Shown: positions 25,071 to 38,113, counted from the stretch's first letter. The stretch: DNA of 64,000 nucleotides from Octopus sinensis (GCF_006345805.1 NC_042998.1:199454001-199518000); one strand, 5' to 3'. Translations and numbers: made by a program. Notes: generated from the letters alone by a model not told the origin.

Positions 25071-25849
25071 TGACAGACCCATACACACTCATATAGAAAA
25101 TGTGACGTAGTGGTAGTGGTGATCGGGATATAAAATGTCATTTATGAGAGTTGACTTATAAACAGACTATTTGTATTGCAAATATGTAAATGAAAATAAA
25201 GATCATTTGGTACTCGAAAGATTACTAAGTCTTTTGATATACCATACGTCAAAATCGGCAACTAAGTTTTCGAATGCATAAGGAACATACGCTCGCAAAC
25301 TCTGCTTCATATATATATATATATCTGTGTGCGTGTGCGTGCGTGTGTTGTATGTATAGTTGTATATATTTGTAGTTCATGTAAATCTACATAGGAAAAT
25401 GATACACATGTCTTGTCTCTAAACATATTTTTCTGTAAGTTGTTATACTACGGGTGTTACATGATTATTGAATGGCATTCATATCACTCAAGACTGTGTC
25501 AAAATAAAATTCAATACTTTTTCCCTTTTCCGTTGCATGTCAAGGTTGACAGCGGAACTTTCATTGATGTGTTTGGGCATCACACGCGCATAAATGACTG
25601 GTAAATGCCGCTATTTACATAATTTTTCTCGTTCATTAGGGCAGAATGAATGTGCAGTCACGGCTATCTAATGTTCTCTAGAGCTCCATTCACTGTTGAG
25701 GTGCCGTCAGAGTTTAGAATGTGGAGCCTGAGTCCTAATAAACTTGTCAATGTGTGCATGGGTCTGTGATACGTATGGTCCAAATCCTCACAGGAAAATG
25801 AAAAGTAGCAAAATGTTGATCACATTCGATAGCTATTCGACACGTATCA

Positions 25850-26067
25850 TATTCTTTTCAACTCTAGGCACAAGGCCCGAAATTGTGGGGAAGAGGACCA
25901 GTGGATTAAATCAACCCCAGTACGCAACTGGTATTTATTTTATCGACCCTGAAAGGATGAAAGGCAAAGTCGACCTCGGCAGAATTTGAAATCAGAACGT
26001 AAAGACAGACGAATATCGTTAAGCATTTCGCCCGGTGTGCTAACGTTTCTGCCAGTTCGCCGCCTTG
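25850..26067 (-). mobile_element. SINE-B, full length
   Basis: Reverse complement of GGCGGCGAACTGGCAGAAACG...GCCTTGTGCCTAGAG. Confidence 0.9.
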
Positions 26068-29000
26068 GTACGTGTGTGCGTGGTACTATACTATATACAC
26101 TTTTGCATGCATACATATAGCCTCAGAGGTACAAAAGCACAAATATATTTACATATATATCGTAATCACTTATAGATATTCATCTATGCCTGTAAATTAG
26201 CTATCAGAAATAAATGATTTCGGCAGGACATCCAACGATCTCAATATGTGGAGAAAACACAATTATCAAAACAGTATACTGTATTAGCAGCTAGTTAGCA
26301 TTGCAAAATCTTGAGTTAGAACCGCTTGTGACTCAATGGTTAAATGCAATGTGGTGAGACTGAAAACTGATGAGATTGATCCTACTTTGAGACTATAAAT
26401 TGAGACTATACATATGGAAGATCCGTTGTTGATTTCGGCGGATGGCCGTTAAATATCATAAAAGAATGCATGTTAGCAACATTAAAGTAACTGTATTAAT
26501 TTAGTTGTTATAATAGTTGTATAGTTGTATATCAATTAGTGAAATTTATGCCTCGTGCATGAAATGAATAGCAATGGCGAAAACATTGTCACTGCGGTAC
26601 AGCATGCTTTAGTGACAAAACAATGGTTGTGATGATCAAGGAGACAACAAATGTGTCCAGCAGTGGTGGCAATCATGGCTAAGTCGGTTAGAAGTTCCCT
26701 TCGTAATTACGTTAACTTCTACAGCTTGGCGTAACACCTTCGATAAGTGTGTTCAACTGTATCCTAGAGTTGCATCAATGCCTTGCAAAGGTAATTCATT
26801 AGACAGAAAATGTGTCTGGGTTGTAAAATGAATCCATTACTCGGTTTGAAACCACCACTTAGCCTTCGTAGGTGTAAAGTAATCAGAGTACATTCTGTTC
26901 TAAGCAATCGTGTCAGGTCATCAGAATGAAGGAAAGATAACTTCCTCCCTTCTTTTCAGTAGTATGGGAGACTAAAATGCTCTGGGCATTGCTGTTCCAC
27001 AGCTAGATAAAATATCTTTTCAAGGCCATCATATGATAATGTATTTAATCAGTTGCCAGTTCTGTTAAAAATATCAGCCGAAACACCTTACAGTTCTCAA
27101 AAGAAAATAAGTAAATAAATAAATAGAGAGAGATGCTGTATATTAGGGTAGTTTTGTTCTAGATTCATTCAGTCGCAAAACAAAAGATGTTCATGCTTTA
27201 TCAAAGCTAACCTAGGGCTAGATATTAACAATAATAACAGAGGCAAAAGGAGTTAATGCTATTAAATATTTACTCAAGGCACAATAGAGGTAAGAATTGA
27301 ATTAAAAAATTAATCACTTAGTAATAGGCTGGTAGTAATAAGAAGAAAACAGACAGTGATATTACAGACACCTACGTATAACAGCGGACCAGCAAACTGG
27401 AGTGTAAAAGAGTGTAAATCAGGTCTGGCGCCTCAAATATTGAAACATTAAAGAAAAGTAGTGGACGTTTCTATGATGTAAAATGTCAGACTTGCTTGTG
27501 ATAATACTAACACCACATGATACATACCCCAGTCAGTATACATACATACTAACGCTGCACAGTACACACAGACACACTCAAGCACACCGCACAGTACTTA
27601 GAGATACACAGTCTTAGTCTGTGCGTGCACTGTGTTGTATTAGCTTGTGCACACACATACACACACAAACACCATGCAGTATACACGCACTAACAGCATA
27701 TATTAAACAGGAAAACCACATAGTACACACATATACACACATTTATACGCACACATCGCATAATGCAGAGAGGTACGTGTCTAACCCTAGACAGTACACA
27801 TACGCATACAACAACCAAGTAAACACATACATACACACACACACACACAACGACGACAATAGCAACAACAACAAGAACCACCACAGAAGATTTGGTGTCT
27901 AATAAATAACACCACATAGAAAATGGCAATAGTGTTAACACGAGAAAATATGTGGCACATTATTGATTTAGAGGGAAGCTGACACAAGACGCAGCAGCAA
28001 TAGGCCAAACAGTAATTCGAGATTATAGTCATTGAAGAGTAGTAAAGCAAAGCATGCAATTAAACTGATATGTCGTGTCTTGTATACATAACAGTATCGA
28101 TGAAAGAGACAAAAGAAATGTCTGAATATTAAATTTTCTAAATAATAGAAATATCAAGGAGAGAGATAGCATGGAAGAAATATTAGTCCCCATATGTCTC
28201 AGTCATAGGTCTTTCGTTACAAAGAAGAAAGAAATGGTCGGGGATAAAACTCTGAAAGGAAACGTACTTGTCCAGCTTTTAGACGGATTGAAGATGTTTA
28301 TGCATTTAAAAAAAAATATAGGATCAACATGACGGATATGAGACAATGTAAGAGGTCATAAAAAAACAGACTAAAGTAAACTTCACAAATTCAATTATAC
28401 ATATTTGTTCATTCTGGAGTCCCCCGCCCCACAAAACTCACATAACTCACACGCATTGAACATAAGTAGGATGAACACTTGCATTAACAAATTAAACTGA
28501 ATATAAATATATTTGTGTCCGCGTGAATATAAGTGTGTACATCTGTATGTGTAGGCATACAGTTTATTAGTCGAGAATAAGAGTTATTGAAGACGTACCT
28601 TCCAATGTCACAGTTGTTATCAAACTTTATTAAGTGCATTGGTACGAAACTCTAGCCTTCAGATTACCTTTGGTATTATTTTGCTAAATAAAATATTGTG
28701 TGCGTGTATTTTTTAAATTTTTTTTTACTTGTTTCAGTCATTTGACTGCGGCCATGCTGGAGCACCGCCTTTAATCGAGCAAATCGACCCCAGGACTTAT
28801 TCTTTGTAAGCCCAGTACTTGTTCTATCGGTCTATTTTTGCCGAACCGCTAAGTGACGGGGACGTAAACACACCAGCATCGGTTGTCAAGCAATGCAAGA
28901 GGGACAAACACAGATACACAAACACACACACACATATATATATATAGGTGGCCTTCAATATAGGTAAATATTTCCTAGCACTGATAGATAGACATTTTCC

Positions 29001-29141
29001 AGTTAACCATGCTTATAGGAAACTCTTTAATAGACACAATTTAAAAATTAGTTTTAGTTCAACTACCAATTTAAAAACATAATCAATCATAACATACAAA
29101 AAACACAAGAAGAAAACAGCTGTTCATGCAGGAATAAAGAA

Positions 29142-29579
29142 TTGTGCCCGCTAAATGGAGCTTGCATGTCCAAGACCATCATATATGAAGCTACCGTAAA
29201 CTCTATAACCACTAAAGACACCGTTTCGACGAAGAAATACGTGGGCCTGACAGAGGGTAATTTCAAGGCCAGGTTCAATAACCACACTTTGAGCTTTAGG
29301 CACTGGAACAAAAGAAAAGCGACACAATTATCCAATCATATTTGGTCTTTAAGAGATAAAGGTGTCGATTATAACATACAATGGAAGATTTTGGCCAGAT
29401 GTAAGCCCTATACTAACGGCAGCGGAAGGTGCGGTTTATGCGACATGGAGAGATGGCTTATCTGGAAAAGCAGCTTAGACCCTACCACATGTCTAAATAC
29501 AAGGACAGAGCTTTTCGGATCATGCCCACATGTGACTAAATTTCTGTTACGTTTTTGGTCCCCTAAAGAAAACGGATAG
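29142..29579 (+). pseudogene. GIY-YIG endonuclease domain of the Penelope-like element (open, 145 aa, no true start)
   Basis: ORF-track protein with a GIY-YIG-like IIY...YVG motif, catalytic R and conserved Cys/His. Confidence 0.9.
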
Positions 29580-29772
29580 AACATGCTTTCTGTGTTATGT
29601 CCCAAGAAGATTTTATATATTTTTATATATTTTTATATATTTTTATGTATTTTTATATAATTTTTATGACGAAAAATGCGAGCGATGTATAAGTACGCAG
29701 GCAAAGCAGAGTTATAACAGAGTAATTTCCCTTCATTTTTAACGGTATTTTTTCATAACGTTTTCAAAAGCC

Positions 29773-29835
29773 AGATAACCGAAGAGATGGTGTTGTGGAT
29801 TTCCACTTCGGCATCTGAAACTCAGAGTTTTATCT
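29773..29835 (+). ncRNA. Degenerate hammerhead in the PLE 3' UTR
   Basis: AGATAA-CCGAAGA-GATG...CATC-T-GAAA-CTCAGAG-T-T-TTATCT. The core U4 is C here but intact (CTGAAGA) in the copy at 5088-5094. Confidence 0.55.
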
Positions 29836-29931
29836 TGACTACCGAGTAATGTAACATATTGTATAGATAAATTTCCTCTATTTACATAATATTGAGGTCT
29901 CTTTCTTTCTTTTGTTATCTACCGTTTATCA

Positions 29932-29964
<33 letters not shown>

Positions 29965-30928
29965 ACATATATATGACAGGCTTCTTTCAGTTCCTTCAAC
30001 CAAATCCACTCACAAGGCCCGGGGCTATAGCAGAAGACACTTGCCCAAGATGCACGCAGTGGGACTGAACCCGGAACCATGTGGTGGTTAGCAAACTACT
30101 TACCACACAGCCACTCCTGCGCCTATTATATTATATTATGTTATGTTATATTATATTATATTTTATTATGTTATTATATTATATTTTATTATATATATAT
30201 ATATATATATAATATATATAATATTATGTGTGTGTGTGTGGGTGTATATGTATGTATGTATTTTGTGTGCGCATGCGTAAGTAAAAACTCATATAAAATA
30301 GACAGAGACACTCATAGACACGAAACGTAGCAAATACTCTCTGTAATGGAAAAAAGTTGTAACCAATACATTAACTTATTTTTAAGTCTCATCCTTCCCA
30401 AACACAAGTGGAATATTAATATGTGCACTGACTTACGGCTAGGCGAATTAAAATCAAATGGTATAGAACGAAATATCTACAGACGTACACGCATACCAAC
30501 AAACATGAGTGGAAGACCGAAACAGACGCAGGCATAAAAGCGCAAATCTACAACACACACACACACGCACACACACACACACATTCACATACACACAGAC
30601 GGACAGACAGACACAAATACACACATACACGCACACACATATATACGTAGACAAGCATTTATAAACATATACTGGTATAGATGCGTATATTTATGCATAT
30701 ATATGTATACATACATATATACATACACGCAGAGCTATAATATATGCATTCATTTATACTAAATATATATTACATATATACATACAATTCCAGATATGTA
30801 CATATATACGCAAAGGTACTACATGAGTATATATGTACATATCTGGTATTGTATGTATAAATTTTATTAATTTATCTGTACGGATAATAATTCGCTTGCC
30901 ACTTGTAATGGTATTTTAATAATACCAT

Positions 30929-30983
<55 letters not shown>

Positions 30984-31063
30984 CAAATGTAGACATACTA
31001 TGTGCACATACTACGTACATATATACGCACATATCTGCGTGTGCTTTAGTGTTTAAGTGTGTG

Positions 31064-31075
31064 TCTATCTGTCTG

Positions 31076-31145
<70 letters not shown>

Positions 31146-31187
31146 ATCTATCTATCTATCTATCTATCTAACTATCTATCTATGTAT

Positions 31188-31272
<85 letters not shown>
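31064..31272. repeat. (CTAT)n microsatellite
   Basis: Direct inspection; also 23862-23945. Confidence 0.95.
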
Positions 31273-31273
<1 letters not shown>

Positions 31274-31731
31274 CTCTTTCTATATTGGTATGAATATGTA
31301 TGAATCGAGAATCAAATGCATAGGGAATGAGTTCGAGAAAATAATACAAGCATAAAAACGAACGATGTAATGCGACACAGGAAGAAGATGAAGACAAAAG
31401 GTAAAAGACGATGACGATGATGATGATGATGATGATGATGATGGTTATAGTGGTGACGATGAAGAGACAGAGAAGATTAAGGAACAGGAGTAGAAGGTAG
31501 CGAATTCCCCTTGTGTTTAATTAGTAAGAAATTTCAAAGAAGAAACACGAAATCAAATAGAATAAACTAATTCCACGAAAATATGCCAAGTTCTTCTTGT
31601 AGCCAATAATTCAAAATGTTTCTAGAAATAACAAAATAACGCCTTAAATGCTCTGCTGTTAGTTTCGTCCTCCACAATTTTATTCATTTTGTACGTTAGT
31701 GTACGTATTTCGTACATACGTTCGCGCATAA

Positions 31732-31780
<49 letters not shown>

Positions 31781-31865
31781 TATTTGAGACAAAACCACTA
31801 TTTTGCAAAACAAACAAGGAAAGACTAATCAATACATAAAATTTAATAAATAGTCAAAAAAACCG

Positions 31866-31908
31866 CCACTACAATCGTTTCTTGTCTTGATCGACAATCT
31901 TCAGGTGG
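31866..31908 (-). ncRNA. Minimal type-I hammerhead ribozyme with a canonical core
   Basis: CCAC-CTGAAGA-TTGTC-GATCAA-GACAA-GAAA-CGATTG-T-A-GTGG: all core nucleotides present, 5-bp helix II, self-complementary helix III ACGAUUGU. Confidence 0.75.
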
Positions 31909-32443
31909 ACTTCCAATCTAAAAAATCAAAATTTTAAAATATAAAAAATACTTTAAATAATTAAAGTATAAATGAAAAAATATAAGTATATAATCCATAT
32001 ATAACCTATATATAATCCATAAGAGTGTTTATGTATATGAGATTGGTTGTGAGTTTTTAATTGTATAATTAATTTATTTATCTGTATGAGTGTGGATGTA
32101 AATATTGTTGTATATATCGAGTTTTAGTGAGTATGTATATGCGTATATGTGAGGGAGCATATGTATCTGTTGTGTGTGTGTGTTTTGCGTGTGTGTGTGT
32201 TTGTGTGTGAATGTGTATTTGGGTTTGTTATTTAGGATTTGGGATGTATGTGTTAATTGTCTGTGTGGGGAGGGAGTGGTTTTTGGTGTATAGAGGTTTA
32301 AAGTTAGTATAGGTTTGTGTATAAGTCTTGGTCTGTGGTTTACGTGTGGGTTTTTTGTGTGTGAATGTTTAGGTTAGGGGGATTGCTATATAAGTTTGTT
32401 ATAGGGTTTAGCAAAGGGAGATTTTATCGTTATATGCTTTTGT

Positions 32444-32485
32444 CCACCTGAAGATTGTCGATCAAGACAGAAACGATTGTAGTGG
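32444..32485 (+). ncRNA. Minimal type-I hammerhead ribozyme, second arm copy
   Basis: CCAC-CTGAAGA-T-TGTC-GATCAA-GACA-GAAA-CGATTG-T-A-GTGG: one A shorter, giving a 4-bp helix II with an extra nucleotide after A9. Confidence 0.7.
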
Positions 32486-32666
32486 CGGTTTTTTTGACTA
32501 TTTATTAAATTTTATGTATTGATTAAGTCTTTCCTTGTTTTTTGCAAAATAGTGGTTTTGTCTCAAATAATATTTTATAATATTTACTATAAATTGGATT
32601 TAATCCTAAATCTGATTTTTTTTTCCCTGTAAATTTGGATATATTCCCTAATATTTATTATTTATA

Positions 32667-32753
<87 letters not shown>

Positions 32754-32786
32754 TATATATATATAAATATAAATATATATATATAA

Positions 32787-32819
<33 letters not shown>

Positions 32820-32833
32820 AATATATATATATA

Positions 32834-32878
<45 letters not shown>

Positions 32879-33190
32879 TATAATATATATATTATATATA
32901 TATAAATATATGCGCGTGAACGTATGTACACAAATATAAACCGGAAATAATTAAGCTACCGCTACCACAAAAATAACAACTTCCTTTCTAAGGGCACGCG
33001 TGTTTTAGGGCACCTAAAGGTTAAACGAAACCGTTCACATACTAGAAAAAAAACCTTCTTCCCTAAAAGGTTATTAACATCCCCATAAGATTTCATAACA
33101 TTTAAGAAATAAATTATTTTAAAATCACCTTTACACTTCAAGAACTGTATTAGATAATTCTCATAGACTATATATATATATATAATATAT

Positions 33191-33222
<32 letters not shown>

Positions 33223-33432
33223 ATATATATACATATTATATGTATATATAGTATATATATATATGTATATATATATATATGAATACATATTTCTGCATAT
33301 GAAACCAGAGTTTCTACCCTTGGACAGGTCGCTTCAACCGTGTTTCTCACGTGAATTTGCTACCCTGGTATCGGTTCATCGAATTTTCCATGTTGACGGT
33401 AAACATAGTATAATTCATTCACCTATCGAAAT

Positions 33433-33494
<62 letters not shown>

Positions 33495-33689
33495 TAGATA
33501 GATAGATAGATAGATAAACAGATATATTTATATATATAAGCACCTTCCACGCTGCACTCAGATCAAGTCACTTGCCATGAAAGTGTTTTTTTTTTTTAAT
33601 ATTTCAGTAGACGTCCCTTGTATATTCCTGATTTCTTAATATAGGCAGTTGAAGAATCGTGGACTTCTAAGTATCAATCTGGTGCAATA

Positions 33690-34960
33690 GACTGCTTTTG
33701 CTCGTGATTTCGAAGGTGGTGTATTTGGAAGGTGACAACAAAATCTACTCGTTCGTACATTGAAATTCTCTCTAATGACAACGTTTAGAACGTGCCCCTC
33801 CAGGAGTTTCCTTAGTTATATTATTGTACATTATGTTCCCAGCATTTAAAGCTTTTAATCGAAATTATTTTACTGGAAAACGTTCTTTGTAACCTTTCAA
33901 TTTCTTCTATGAGACCGGATGAGTTGGACGACCAAAGCTGTGAGCAGTAATCTAATCTGCTCAGAACTAAAGTTTTCCATGGAATAGGCAAAACTACCGG
34001 TTCTTCTGTAACGAAGGTTTGTAGGATCGATCCTATGAGATGTCTGCATTTAGAGGTATGTTTACTGATGTTGCTGAAGTAAGACACACTAACTGGCACG
34101 ATTAATCTTAAGACTCGTATGCCATTATCGCTCTGAACCATTCTGTTATATTGTGTCAAATATTGTGATTGGAGTGTATTCCCTCTGTATTGAAGAACCT
34201 AGAATTTTGATGTATTAAATTTCACCTTGGTTTGCATCTTCTATAGTTTGGATAGCCATCGATATTTTTGTATCACAAACGTAATTCGTTAGGTTGGCTT
34301 ATACCGGGTTGCGTTTTTGTTTTTTATTCCTTCTCTATCCACACCTGGCTCATAAGGGCCGGTTTCCCGGTTTCCTTAGTGTATAGGTTTCCCACCTTGA
34401 CGGGACGCCGGTCCGTCGCAGGTGAGCTGCAAGATGCAGGAGGATAGAGTGAGAGAAAGTTGTGGCGAAAGAGTCAGCAGACGTTCGCCTTTATCTTCTG
34501 CCGGAGCCGCGTGGAGCTTAGATGTTTCGCTCATAAACACACACATCGCCCGGTCTGAGATTCGAACCCACGATCGCTCGACCGCGAGTTCGCTGCTCTA
34601 ACCACCAGGCCACACCGGGTTGCGTGATAATAAATAATAAGGTCTTAGAACCGTGCACTGCGTTATACCATTTATTGTAGGTGGCATTGTAGAGAGAATA
34701 CCATCTGCAACAAGAGATTAATTCCTACTGCGAAGACAAAGAGCCATTTTCTGAGTTTTCCAGTGATACCAATATCCTTTGTTCTGTGATAGAGGATTTC
34801 AGGATCAATCTTGTCAAACGTTTTAGCAAAATCAAGTCAGCGTTCATTCCTCGCAAGAGGTTATTGAGTATGGTGTTATGGTGCTGTAATAGTTGTGACA
34901 GCCAACCTCGTCCAGTCCAAAAACGTTGTGTACCATCTAAGAGGTTGTCTTCCCAAAAAC
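33690..34960 (-). mobile_element. Degenerate CR1-like LINE RT region
   Basis: LDFAKTFDKIDPEIL...IGITGKLRKW (about 34720-34820) and KTLVLSRLDYCSQLWS...IEEIERLQRTF (about 33860-33990). Confidence 0.85.
34315..34613 (-). mobile_element. Full-length SINE-C with a 12-bp target-site duplication
   Basis: ACCGGGTTGCGT at 34303-34314 and 34614-34625; tRNA-like head at the right end. Confidence 0.9.
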
Positions 34961-35152
34961 GTTTATGTATGTATGTATGTATGTATGCATGTATGTCATT
35001 ATTCAGTGAATTTCAAAATTTCTTACCAATAGAGAAAGAACCGGTTTCTAACTTAGATTCAAGGTTCCTTCATTGGAATTTCAGCATCAACAACAGGGTA
35101 TTTTTGTATGTAAGTATGTATGTATGTATATATGCATACATGTATGTATATA

Positions 35153-36055
35153 CTAGGTTTGATCAATAAGTATCCGGACAGTTGCCATAGTAGCGAAGCT
35201 AAAGCACACAGTAAAGTCGCTTGACAAATATGGACCTTGACCTTTGCTGTGCATGTGTACTAAGTGTTAGCGTTTTAGTGCAGTTCCGCTGTTTACAGCA
35301 GTGCTTGGGAGGAAGGTGTGTAGCGTGTGATCGTCGCATTCACCGACACAGAGAATGTTGTCAGTGCCGATACCTGCTCAGAGGCCTACGCAAAGTTGCG
35401 GAAAGTGTATGGAGAGGTGTGTATGAGCAACCTACAAGTGTACAAGCGGTTCAGACGTTTCCAAGATGGTAGAAGAAATGTCGATATTGACGAACGTCCA
35501 CGGATACCCGCAACGGATATCCGCAACCAGCAGAACTGAGAAAATCATCGCAGATGTGCATGCAGCTGTGAGGGGAAATCGCCCAGTCACCATCCTTGAT
35601 TACTCAGAGGATGTGCCGATTAGTTACGGTTCAGTTCAGTCCATTATCACTGAATGTTCGTGTATGAGACCCGTTTCTGCCAAGTTTGTGCCAAAGCCGC
35701 TTTCCACTGACCAAAACGAAACTTGAGTTTTAGGTGCACAAGATCTCTTTGATTGTGTGGAGAATGATGAAAAAACGTTTTGAAAAACTTTGAGTAGGCC
35801 TCGGAGCTGGTATCGCCAAGCTTTTGGTAAAACTTGACGCAGATTCTCTGCTCATCCTTCTCTGCCATGGTCAATGCAACGATCACACGATACGCATCTT
35901 CTTTCCAAGAATTGCTGTAAGCAACGGAAGTAAGTTAGAATTTAGTGCGAATGGACGGCAGTGTTCATGGTCAACCTATGCCAAGCAGCTTCACTCTGTG
36001 TGCTTTTGGTTCCTTACTATGACTACATTCCGGATACTTATTGATCAGACCATGT
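35153..36055. mobile_element. Rearranged mariner element made of two inverted 5' ends
   Basis: TIR-like GGT(T/C)TGATCAATAAGTATCCGGA at both ends with flanking TA. Transposase N-terminus on + (KLRKVYGEVCMS...VSAKFVPKPLS) and on - (EQRICVKFYQKLGDTSSEAY). Confidence 0.85.
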
Positions 36056-36590
36056 TATTTGTACAAGTAATTACTAGGGAAAAATAATGAGAATTCAATA
36101 TGTAAATATATATTTTTATTGTTATATTTTCTCAAATTTAATTCTTGGTCGGATGTAATTTGAGCAGGCTTGAAAATCGAGGCAGCATCTAGGGTATTAT
36201 GCCACTTTGCATGACCGCTTGTAAATATATATTCTCTAGCATACTGCTTCTTACTAGATTAAAACTTTAAATTCCGAGATTCATAACAAATCATATGAGA
36301 CTCAGATTAAATCTGAACCAATCTAGAAGCAAATGCTGATACCCAATTACATTAATTTTCGTTTGTCGTTTTTTGCATAATTTACTACTGTTTGAAAATG
36401 TAGTCTTACCATTTGTTACAACCTTGCAATGTTCTAATAACCTTGCATTTCCGGTAATGGAATACTAATTATCGAATTAGCGGAACTACATTTTATTGAA
36501 TACCATCTAGAGTAATTATATGTTTAGCACACAGTGTACAAAGTGCCTCTGTCTTTTAACTATCCATCAACATATATTTTATACATTAAA

Positions 36591-36982
36591 TCTCTCTCTA
36601 TATAAAGCTGAAGTTGTCTGTGTATGGCAGGTTTTGGTAGCCTTCAACTAACACTATCTCCTCCGAGACCCTGCGGCACAAGTTGACCAAAATTGAGAGT
36701 ATGATAGAATAAGGCATGCTCTTCCTTCCCTAGAAGAGAAAATTTAAATCAGACCATGTTAACACCAAAGATTATTTACATAAAAAAGGTGCTTTTTTTC
36801 TTTGAAAATCCCTACTTTTACGATTTTTTGACTGCTGTGTCGCCATTTTTCGGTGTATATCAACCAGAAAAATGTTCACTTAAAGAGAATACCAAGCTAC
36901 ATAATGCAAAATTCTTACTTTTCGAAAATTCCAATTCTAAAGGCTCGAAACAAATCCGAGCAACGCCTGGCGATACTGCTAG
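36591..36982 (+). mobile_element. Non-autonomous Helitron (family H2)
   Basis: A|TCTCTCTCTATATAAAGCTGAAGTTGT ... CCGAGCAACGCCTGGCGATACTGCTAG|T. Confidence 0.85.
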
Positions 36983-37744
36983 TATATTTTATATATTTAA
37001 GCAGTTTGAACCTTCTGACCCCAAAGTGAAAGTGAGAAGCTAGTATCAGTATGCAGCGGAAATGCTTTAGTTGTATATTACTCATAAGAAACGGAGGTTT
37101 TGTGTTTTGCTTCTTATGTGCAGTACCTGTGCTTTGGCGACGCTAAACTAAGAATTAAACTGAAACTACGACGTGATTTACTTATCACACAAAGTGTGTG
37201 TTATAAGAAGTTGTCAGAGACTTTGAAAATCTTTGCAACAGCTTTAGATAGCATATAGCAGTTACATGAATGGATAAGTAATTGATTCAGGTGTAGTGTG
37301 TAGCAGAAATAGTTCAATAGAAACAGACGAATAAACAAAAAGAAAAAAAAAAGGAAGAGAAAATGAGTTAAGCAAAATGTGTAGACTGATGATGGGGTAA
37401 AATCTATGTGGAATTGTTCGTGATCGGTATATTAGATCAATAGTTTCTCACCATAATCTAGCAATAGACTTAGAATGAGATGTTATAAAATGCTGAATCG
37501 ACTCAGTCCAGTTACAGCCGCAGAAAAAAATCTTTTTTTTTTCTTGAAATGAAATAACATTTATCGTTAAATATTCCTGTTAGACAATGAAGCAAATATT
37601 ATAATTTTCCAATAAACACAGCTAGAAGCATAGATTTTAGAAGCAACATGTATGTATCCAATTAATGATGAAAAATGTTGCAATAACTGGATTCAGTATT
37701 TCTATTCGATGAAAGTTGGTGAGTTGACAGGATGACAAGAGCTC

Positions 37745-37920
37745 CAGGGGAAAATACTCTAACATATTACATCACATTCATTTACGTCGTGTGCTCAAAT
37801 TCCGCTATGGATGACTCTTTGTTTCTGAATTCGATAAAATGAGACCCAGTCAAGCACTGGAGTCGATATAGTTGTCTCTTCCTTCTTCAAAGATATTTAG
37901 TCACCTGCCTATGTTAGAAA
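37745..37920 (+). mobile_element. Old SINE-B-type fragment
   Basis: GTGCTCAAATTCCGCT...TCGATAAAATGAGACCCAGTCAAGCACTGGAGTCGAT. Confidence 0.6.
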
Positions 37921-38113
37921 CTGATAGATATCTTTCATTGAAATTGAATGGTGAAAATATATTTTCCTTTTTTTTTTTTGTTTTGTTTTTAGACATAGAA
38001 TGCTTCTTTGCAGATACAGAAAAACAAACAAAATGTAGAGACACTGCAGGTTTTTTATATCAATTTTGTATATCTGAAAGATTACTGTGTATTTCTGAAC
38101 AATCACCGTATTT

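Larger units (their letters stand above)
28947..29930 (+). mobile_element. 5'-truncated Penelope-like element (Naiad/Neptune-type architecture): RT thumb end, GIY-YIG endonuclease and 3' UTR
   Basis: VAFNIGKYFLALIDRHFPVNHAYRKLFNRHNLKISFS, frameshift, CSCRNKELCPLNGAC linker, IIYEAT...KYVGLTEGNFKARFNNH...TQLSNHIW...CGLC..E...LNTRTELFGSCPH. Confidence 0.9.
28724..30124 (-). mobile_element. SINE-A split by a Penelope-like insertion in its internal (TA)n
   Basis: 3' half 28724-28946 and 5' half about 29975-30124, with (TA)n on both sides of the insert. Confidence 0.85.
31773..32580. repeat. ~140-bp inverted repeats around a ~530-bp spacer, embedded in (TA)n
   Basis: 31773-31910 is the reverse complement of 32442-32580. 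Confidence 0.9.

Noticed and set aside
29142-29579. Selenocysteine recoding in this PLE ORF
   Set aside because: All Cys positions in the fragment are TGT/TGC, there is no in-frame TGA, and its HHR helix II is short without SECIS features.
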